IMG/VR virus record: IMGVR_UViG_3300036792_000044
Location: 1-52,446 of that record
Strand: one strand, 5' to 3'
Source: a virus
Lineage: Duplodnaviria; Caudoviricetes
Length of the DNA: 52,446 bases
In this document: piece after piece, positions 45,844 to 52,446 of the stretch
How the letters are laid out: each line of letters opens with the position of its first letter
How positions within the stretch are numbered: position 1 is the first letter of the stretch
Notes under the pieces: generated by a model
The model's input: the letters and a program-made list of their open reading frames with translations, nothing else
Databases searched by the model: none
Told to the model about the DNA's origin: nothing
Position numbers and translations under genes: made by a program

Positions 45844-46300
45844 AGTAGTCGAACCGTTCGAGCGTGACGCTCGTAAGAATGATCGGACTTGCGTCGGTGG
45901 GCGCTTGGAACGCGAAGTTTGAAAGTCGTTGTCCTGCACCGCCGTACGAGACGTTTCGGAATCGTACGTGATAGAACAGCGGTTCACCGAAGTCTAGCCA
46001 AGCCGAATTGGCAACTAGCTCAACGCCATTCGGGTCACCGACGGCGATAGTGCACAACCGAGCGTCCATGGTGCGGCCGGTAATTGGAGCGAGCGTTAGC
46101 TCGGTATCGCCGTACGTTTCATAGTTGGGAACGTACAGCGTCAATCCACCTGGTAGGGCAGACTTCTCGACGCCGGGGAAAAAATCGACGTAGGCACTCA
46201 CGTCGTCGACCTGTGGTGCGATTGCACCAACGCCGACTATTGGTTGTTCAACGTCGCGCCACGCGCCGTCAACACGGAAGTACGTCAGGGAGTTTGGCAT
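45833..46300 (-). CDS. hypothetical protein
   Basis: 155-aa beta-rich ORF. Confidence 0.65.
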   Translation of the reverse strand: MPNSLTYFRVDGAWRDVEQPIVGVGAIAPQVDDVSAYVDFFPGVEKSALPGGLTLYVPNYETYGDTELTLAPITGRTMDARLCTIAVGDPNGVELVANSAWLDFGEPLFYHVRFRNVSYGGAGQRLSNFAFQAPTDASPIILTSVTLERFDYCGP

Positions 46301-46626
46301 GTCAAAAGTTTTCTGGCAGCGTTCACGGCTGTCACCGCGAGTGTACGATAGCGCGAATCATCGTGCAACAACCAAGTTTTCACGGCGTGTCATCCTCCAC
46401 TATTTTCATCGAAAACTGTTGGGGCGCTTCGTATATGCCCGTTCCGATACCGACTGAGTCATCTGACTCAGTTATGGGTTTGCCCTCGTCCACCAACGAA
46501 TCTATACGGGATAGCAGCGCGTCGATGTGTGCTATGTCCTCTGGTTTCACTGGTCGTACCTCGATAGGCCACAATATGGACAACGCACACCCTCGCAAAT
46601 GACACGCAGACAACGACGGCAAAATA

Positions 46627-47535
46627 TCATGCTGACCGCCGATTGTCTTGTGCGCGTGCAGCGCACACGTCGTCGTAGGTGTACATGGGAATCTCGACTA
46701 CGTTGCCGTCGTCGTCGGTTTCACGCCGTATCTCGCGAGGCTGTAATCGCTTGGTACGCACATACTTTCCGAACGTGGTTTGCTTGATGGGATCGTTGAG
46801 CCGTGTTGCCATCAGGTTCACCAATTCGGCTCTGGTGAACAACATTCCGGATACCTGTTGCTTCAACATGTCTCGCAATGTCTCGACACTGTGGTTGGTG
46901 TGGCAGAGGTAGCATTGCACGCCGGTCGCTCCCTCTTCGGCGTAAAGCAGTGTGCCGCAAGGCTTTAACTCTTTATCTTGTTGAATCATGGTTGGGCATG
47001 GTCCGCAACAAACATCGTTGGGCCGGTTGATGATTCGCCAACCATTGCGAGCACAGTCGAGCAATTCCGCGTGCAGGCGTGCTGCCTCGGCGCAATGGTG
47101 CCTGATCAGTACGACATTGCTCGCGATGTATCTGGCGCGCTTGACCTCTAGGCGCTCGTAATCCTTTGTCGGGTGTCCTGTATGCACCCAACCCGTTTCG
47201 GGGCTGTGCGTGGCACGTAGCCGGTCGCAAATAGCCTCCCAGCGTGCGAGCACAGTGCCGATTCTCGCTAGTAACTCGGCCGCTTGCTTGTTTCCGAGCA
47301 ACGCGTAATCGGTAGTGCTGGTGCGAGACGACAGCGACCGAGCTAGTCGAGTCTGCCGGTAGGCACTCTCCCGCAAGCGTTTTGCGTACCAGGTGATACC
47401 TGGTTGGCCGTCTGGTTCTCGCGAGCCTACGAGCAGGTCATGCGTTTCGTTCGCGCATCGTCTGCACATGTACGCGTGATTCGTGGATCGGCCGCATACC
47501 GTACATGTTTCAATTCGCTTGTGATACTTCGGCAT
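46627..47535 (-). CDS. zinc-finger plus C-terminal HTH protein, possible late regulator
   Basis: CxxC pairs, CGPCP...CG...VQCYLC and a C-terminal HTH-like region. Confidence 0.65.
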   Translation of the reverse strand: MPKYHKRIETCTVCGRSTNHAYMCRRCANETHDLLVGSREPDGQPGITWYAKRLRESAYRQTRLARSLSSRTSTTDYALLGNKQAAELLARIGTVLARWEAICDRLRATHSPETGWVHTGHPTKDYERLEVKRARYIASNVVLIRHHCAEAARLHAELLDCARNGWRIINRPNDVCCGPCPTMIQQDKELKPCGTLLYAEEGATGVQCYLCHTNHSVETLRDMLKQQVSGMLFTRAELVNLMATRLNDPIKQTTFGKYVRTKRLQPREIRRETDDDGNVVEIPMYTYDDVCAARAQDNRRSA

Positions 47536-47730
47536 TCACGTGCTCCACTTCGAGGTATTCGTGCAGTCCGCCGTCGAGGTTGTTGGTCGCAACGACTCTC
47601 GCGATACCGTCGACCAAGTCTTTTGTGTGTTCTGGGCAGTAGTCCCTGCAATACGAAACAGGTTTGGGATCAAAGGATTTGATATTGCAGTGGTACACGG
47701 CCTGCCTTGTACAGTTGCCGCTCTCACACT

Positions 47731-47982
47731 TCATTGCTGCGGCGCTCCCCAGAATCGTGGACCCTGCGTGGGACCTATTGGTGCGGGCGTGTTTTCATCC
47801 GGTTGTGGTATCGCGTCGAGGCCCATCACAAGGTCGGGATTGTTGACCGCGAATTGTGCTTGCTGCAAAGCGATTTCAGCAAGGCCAGTGTAGGCGATGG
47901 TAGTGTTGATGTCGTCTACGTCGTGGGCGTGCTGCAACCACACAGTGCTGGTGTCCCACAACGCTTTTGCTACCTCATTCAA
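47731..47982 (-). CDS. hypothetical protein
   Basis: GGAGAGG SD; overlaps the endonuclease VII stop. Confidence 0.55.
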   Translation of the reverse strand: MNEVAKALWDTSTVWLQHAHDVDDINTTIAYTGLAEIALQQAQFAVNNPDLVMGLDAIPQPDENTPAPIGPTQGPRFWGAPQQ

Positions 47983-48449
47983 TTGACCTCTCCCTCCAAC
48001 AATTTCAGCACCTTTTGTGCTGGTGGATCGATGGAAACGATGATAGCTCGCTGAAGCGCTGCGGCGTCGAGTCTGCCGAGCACGTCCTTATTGCATGGTC
48101 CGCACGCCAGGCATCGAATACACTTGCGGCAGCCCACTTTTGGATCATGGCCGTCTGGTTTGTTGTTCCAATTCTCCGAGCAGTTATGGTCGTGGTCTAC
48201 CGCGAGTCGTCGAGCCTTGCCGGTAGCTCGTTGGCAGACAAAGCATTTACCGCCCTGAGCTGCGTAAAGTTCGTCGTAGATGTCGCCGGTGATGTCGAAG
48301 AACTTCTCAATCCTCTTGCTGTGGGCCGCTTTTGAGCGTGCTCTCTTCTTCTCTCGCCAGTGCTCGTCGCATCGAGGTCCTGGGTTGTACGCAGTCCTCG
48401 GCGTAGTACGTCCCAAGGCTGCGCAGTCGATGCAGCGTGTTTGTCTCAT
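47979..48449 (-). CDS. endonuclease VII-like resolvase
   Basis: QGGKCFVC...LAVDHDH...CIRCLACGPCN..LG. Confidence 0.88.
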   Translation of the reverse strand: MRQTRCIDCAALGRTTPRTAYNPGPRCDEHWREKKRARSKAAHSKRIEKFFDITGDIYDELYAAQGGKCFVCQRATGKARRLAVDHDHNCSENWNNKPDGHDPKVGCRKCIRCLACGPCNKDVLGRLDAAALQRAIIVSIDPPAQKVLKLLEGEVN

Positions 48450-48613
48450 ACCGTAGTCGCCTTAGTGACTGAGTCGCGTGACTCAGTTGCTTGCAGGATA
48501 AGCACTCTCGCAATGGCATTGAGTGCGTACGCGCTGGCTGCGTTGTAGTCATCTTGTCTCAGGCATAGGTCTGATACTTCGAGGTCCGACACTGCCTCTT
48601 CTAGTTCGTCCAT
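48446..48613 (-). CDS. small hypothetical protein
   Basis: MDELEEAV... after a GGAGAGG SD. Confidence 0.5.
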   Translation of the reverse strand: MDELEEAVSDLEVSDLCLRQDDYNAASAYALNAIARVLILQATESRDSVTKATTV

Positions 48614-48834
48614 GTTCCTCTCCGTTTGTTTGCGTTTGCTGCTGTCTATCAGTCTATCGATAGACACCCGAATCCCTTTGTGTCCCTTCTCGTATACGAA
48701 TGCACGTTTAGTTAGTTAGTATATATACACCATGTGACCTCGATTCGTTAGGGTAGGGCAAGAAAATTCGTCTTTTGGATTGTCTACCATTCCAAAGGAT
48801 TTCGGGTGATAGACGGTAGACAGATAGACGTTTG

Positions 48835-50550
48835 CTAAGCACTGTAGTACCAACGGTTTTCGGCCGTCGAAAACGACAGCACTCCCTGCTCAATCAAGCC
48901 GGTCACAATCGAGTCGAACAACCTGTAATCTCGCGACAACTTGCGTTGAACGTCGCGCCTGCTCAGTCCGCGAGCGCCAGCCTCTTTGAAGTACTTGATG
49001 ATTCGTTTCGTGATGTCCGCACGTTTCTGATCTGTACGGTAGTCGCGTTCCTCGCTGGCAACCTGGCTTGAAATACCTTGCAGCCGTCCACGTTCCGACG
49101 CATCCTCTTCGACGGCCTCATTCATCTTGGCCTGCACCCATTCCCGCGTAACGTCGGAGACTTTCATCGCTACACCAGATAGCCTCCAATCCTGTTCTGT
49201 CACATACGCTCTGCCGTCGAGGACTGCGAGCGCGAACGCGAACTTCTCCCGCACGAACAGGGCGTGCCCGTCGAGGGCGTCGGTATTGCCCTGCATCGTC
49301 TTAACCCGTTCCGCCACAATAAGATTGCGTGCACTCTCTGGTATCGCTATCTCGCGAGGGTACTGCCATTCCCCTGCGCGTGGAGTCGCGAGCGGGTATA
49401 TCCAACCACCAGCCATGTCGGCCGTGACTCGGTCATCGATACCTGGAAACCACATAATGCGTTGGGGCGTACCGCCTCTCGCGTCGTCCATGAGTGACGC
49501 TGCACGCGTAGGCTGCACGCTGATCACCATTGTCATACGGTAGGTGTGCGCTTCGAGGTACGGCGTGTTCTTGTTGATGTAGGAAAACCCTAGTGTCTCA
49601 CCGGAGAACGCCGAGCGAAGTACGCTCATCGTGGTCGAACCCGAGCGTGCGGATTGTGCTGTGAGAGAGTCGATTTCATCCACTATGAACATCACCGATT
49701 CTCGCAACCCTGCTGGCTCGTCGCCTTCCTTCGGTCTGCGATAGGCGTTGATCATTCCCTCGCCCGAACCGGAGTTGCGTTGAATTACCTCGTCTGTCAC
49801 CAGCTTTCGCGCTACTGCCGACGCTGCACCCTTGCCGCCGCCGCTCGGCGCTGCGATAGCTGCGAACCAATTCAACGAGCCGCTGCCACCAATGATGGGC
49901 GGCAACGTCACGCACGGTCGTACGGTAGCGAGTGCACGTGCTGCGCAGTGTGCGAGTACAGCCCACGGTGAACACATAGCTGAAAGTGCCGACAGGTAAA
50001 CGTTTTTCAGTGACTCGCGCTCGGTCCAGAATCCGTACTCGATGTCCGCGAAACTCAGTGCAACAACGGGTTCCTTGCTCGGGAATGCGACGACGTTGCT
50101 GCTGCTGTATTGTGCTGCTGCCCTTGCTTTCTCGTCCAGGTCGCGAGGCTTGGCCTGCCCGTCGCGCAACCCTCGGTCTGGTAAATCCCACGATTTTAAT
50201 TCGCTTCGCTTCAGCCCGACACTCAGTGCGGCAGCGGTCAATTCGTCGCGTGCCTCCATGAAAGTCAGACCGTCCGGTTGCACAAGCTGCCCGACGTTGA
50301 AACATGCACGGTTCAACTCTGTGTTGCGCTGGCCTTTCGTCGCCTGCCGAACGCGCTCCGTCTCCTGCCGCAACCCTTCCAAGGCGTATGCCCTTCGGGG
50401 ATCGGTGTTCGTGCCTCTGCGTGGCGCTGAGGGCCGGGAAACACCCTCTAGCGCAGCCTCTTCGGCCTTGCGTCGGGCCTTGTCGTCGTCGTCGGCGCGT
50501 ACGTTGTCGATAAAGTCATCACCGGGCATGTTCCGGCCTGCCTCGGTCAA
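48835..50550 (-). CDS. replication protein: primase C-terminal-like domain plus P-loop helicase-like domain (DUF3987-like)
   Basis: GQRNTELN motif, APSGGGKG Walker A, SGEG, VDEID Walker B, C-terminal wHTH. The start may be the ATG at 50529. Confidence 0.75.
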   Translation of the reverse strand: MTEAGRNMPGDDFIDNVRADDDDKARRKAEEAALEGVSRPSAPRRGTNTDPRRAYALEGLRQETERVRQATKGQRNTELNRACFNVGQLVQPDGLTFMEARDELTAAALSVGLKRSELKSWDLPDRGLRDGQAKPRDLDEKARAAAQYSSSNVVAFPSKEPVVALSFADIEYGFWTERESLKNVYLSALSAMCSPWAVLAHCAARALATVRPCVTLPPIIGGSGSLNWFAAIAAPSGGGKGAASAVARKLVTDEVIQRNSGSGEGMINAYRRPKEGDEPAGLRESVMFIVDEIDSLTAQSARSGSTTMSVLRSAFSGETLGFSYINKNTPYLEAHTYRMTMVISVQPTRAASLMDDARGGTPQRIMWFPGIDDRVTADMAGGWIYPLATPRAGEWQYPREIAIPESARNLIVAERVKTMQGNTDALDGHALFVREKFAFALAVLDGRAYVTEQDWRLSGVAMKVSDVTREWVQAKMNEAVEEDASERGRLQGISSQVASEERDYRTDQKRADITKRIIKYFKEAGARGLSRRDVQRKLSRDYRLFDSIVTGLIEQGVLSFSTAENRWYYSA

Positions 50551-50995
50551 CCCACGTCATGAGATTCGCGTGTCCCATAGCGTGTGCCCAACAACGGAAT
50601 TCGCGACGGGTGTCGGGCATGACCAGCCAACCGGAGCGCGCAATGGTGTACCACACGCCGTCGTCGTCTTTGCGTACGGCCCAACGTCTTTTGATTGTCT
50701 CGATTAGATCAGGCATGGTCGGGGTCCATATCGATTGGCGCGGCGACATCGAACAAAGGCACGTCGGCGCGAGTGGAGTGCAAGCCTCGCGACTGCACAG
50801 GCGGCAGCTTGGCCTGCTCGCTGCACTTGATGGTGTCCTGCATGAGCGAGTTCTTACGCGTATTGCGTTCCCACTCAACAGGTTTGCGGTTCGACTCCAA
50901 CGCCTTGGTGCGTATCGTGCAACCGTCGTTGCGCCAGCATTGGTGGCAGTGGTGCTCAATCCAAATGTCTTGGTGCAGTTCACTTCTGAATAGAG

Positions 50996-51358
50996 TCACT
51001 TGCGACCTCGGAACTGGAACGGCTTGCCGTCGCCGTTCATGATGGCTCTGAAAGCTGCTGCCTGCCAAGGCAATAACGGTATGCCTCGTTCCTCCATAAA
51101 GTCGATGCACTTCTCAACTGTCTCGGGGTCGGGCGGCAATTGCGGGTTGCGCCGCTCGGGGATACCGGGTTTGCCTATCGGCATTGATGCAGCCATGTCC
51201 TCGGGTGATCTGTACGGTAGTTCCTCGAATAGTGCTCTTACGCAACCCTCTTGGGTCCACTTCGGTGACGCGCACACAGCACACGTGGGCGAGCAATGCC
51301 CGTTGCACGTGCACAGTGAGTAGGCTGTGGACACATCGTTGACATCTGGGAAACTCAT
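50996..51358 (-). CDS. hypothetical Cys-rich protein
   Basis: GAGAGG SD; 120 aa. Confidence 0.5.
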   Translation of the reverse strand: MSFPDVNDVSTAYSLCTCNGHCSPTCAVCASPKWTQEGCVRALFEELPYRSPEDMAASMPIGKPGIPERRNPQLPPDPETVEKCIDFMEERGIPLLPWQAAAFRAIMNGDGKPFQFRGRK

Positions 51359-51921
51359 GATTGCGCCTCTCTGAATTGTATTGTCACACCCTCGGTTTCA
51401 CCGTTGAGTAGCTGTATCAGTCGCAGCATGAGCGACGAGTGTACCTGCTGCTGCTTCTCTTCGGTCATCATCACGCCGTAGATGTGTATGTCGGTCTTGA
51501 CCTTTCGACTCATGCGTTGGTGTTCCTCTCATCCTCGTATAGTGTTGCCTCGTAATCGAATTCGCTGCCCGTGTCGGTGACGATGGCGAGCGTGCGGGCG
51601 ATACCCGTCATTGCCATTTCGCTATAGCTGCACATCTTCGGCCTCGATGTAGTAGATCAGGCACCGCAGAATCCCTTGCAGCGCAAGCAATTGCGAACGC
51701 TGCACGTCGTAGTTCGCGGACTCGGCCGAGCCGAGGTAGTACTGGCGTGCTGCGTCGAGCGCCATGCGCCGAGGTCGTGTCGGGTCGTCGGGTTCGCTCG
51801 GCGCTGCGTGAGTCATCACACGCCTGCTATACGGTACAGTGCCTGCAATTGTTGCTCGGCGACGAGTCGCTGTTCTTCCTCGGTTTCCGGCTTGCCCCAA
51901 TAGGTTTCGTCGTTGTCCATT

Positions 51922-52446
51922 TCACTTGCCTCCCTTGATGATTGGGCTGGGTTCTACCAGCCACGAATAACTGCGGCCGGGTCGGCCGAGCGTCGAGGGT
52001 GCAGCTACCACGTAGCCACCCAATCCTCGGTAGTCGATGCCCGGTCGGATACCGGCGTAATTGCCTTTGCCCGTTGCCTTTACGAACAGGTGCGTGCCAC
52101 CCGACGCTGTGATCGCCACGCCGTGGCACTCTGGTATCTTGCCCGACTCTAGTAACTCCATGAAAGACATCACGCCAGCGGACGATGGGTTGCCGTCGGA
52201 ATCCTTTGTGTCGATGTCGATTACGTCGAACATGTGGCCGGTCGCTAGTCCTATGTTGTGGTCTGGGTGCCGGTCCCACCACTTCTCGATGCGGGTACTG
52301 TCGGTCGTCGCGTCTTTGAATCCCTTGCCGCCCTTGGTTTTCGGGATAGCTGGCGCTTTGCCGTGTCGTGCTAGTGGGAACACAGGCCAACGCCACTTCG
52401 TGTATTCGTATGCGGCGGAACCGATGTCGAGTGTTTCCAACTGAGT
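51922..52446 (-). CDS. bifunctional DNA primase/polymerase (Prim-Pol) domain protein
   Basis: WPVFPL, GFKDAT, NIGLATG, DVIDID, TASGGTH and GIDYRGLGGYVVAAPS. Confidence 0.9.
   Translation of the reverse strand, partial: TQLETLDIGSAAYEYTKWRWPVFPLARHGKAPAIPKTKGGKGFKDATTDSTRIEKWWDRHPDHNIGLATGHMFDVIDIDTKDSDGNPSSAGVMSFMELLESGKIPECHGVAITASGGTHLFVKATGKGNYAGIRPGIDYRGLGGYVVAAPSTLGRPGRSYSWLVEPSPIIKGGK
52320..52446. repeat. 127-bp terminal direct repeat (copy 2)
   Basis: Identical to 1-127. Confidence 0.95.

Noticed and set aside
52320-52446. 127-bp terminal repeat as a biological DTR
   Set aside because: The length matches a standard assembler k-mer and it falls in the middle of the Prim-Pol CDS, so it is best read as circular-assembly overlap.

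Overview
The window looks like a complete, circularly assembled genome of a tailed actinobacteriophage of about 52.3 kb. Bases 1-127 equal 52320-52446, and the Prim-Pol gene runs across that junction. It is a siphovirus with HK97-type head genes. A Mycobacterium-like host is inferred from the DUF732-like protein, the PE-PPE/cutinase-like hydrolase and the Rpf domain in the tape measure. Almost all credible genes are on the minus strand, in the order: replication (Prim-Pol, primase/helicase-like, endonuclease VII), HNH, terminase, portal, protease, capsid, neck, tail, lysis, an early operon, then small DNA-metabolism and regulatory genes. I recognised no integrase, DNA polymerase or tRNA. The main finding is the early operon at about 15060-9915. 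A consensus SigA-type promoter drives a structured leader of about 400 nt, followed by six type II hammerhead ribozymes, one before each of six successive genes including an AAA+ ATPase module. All six have intact catalytic cores, covarying stems and a covarying loop I/3'-tail pseudoknot. The transcript should therefore cut itself into monocistronic units with 5'-OH and 2',3'-cyclic phosphate ends, which could be circularised. A second genome-wide signal is an 18-bp palindrome, CTGAGTC-N4-GACTCAG, in at least 11 dispersed copies, mostly inside ORFs. All protein calls are from motifs and synteny read by eye, not from database searches.
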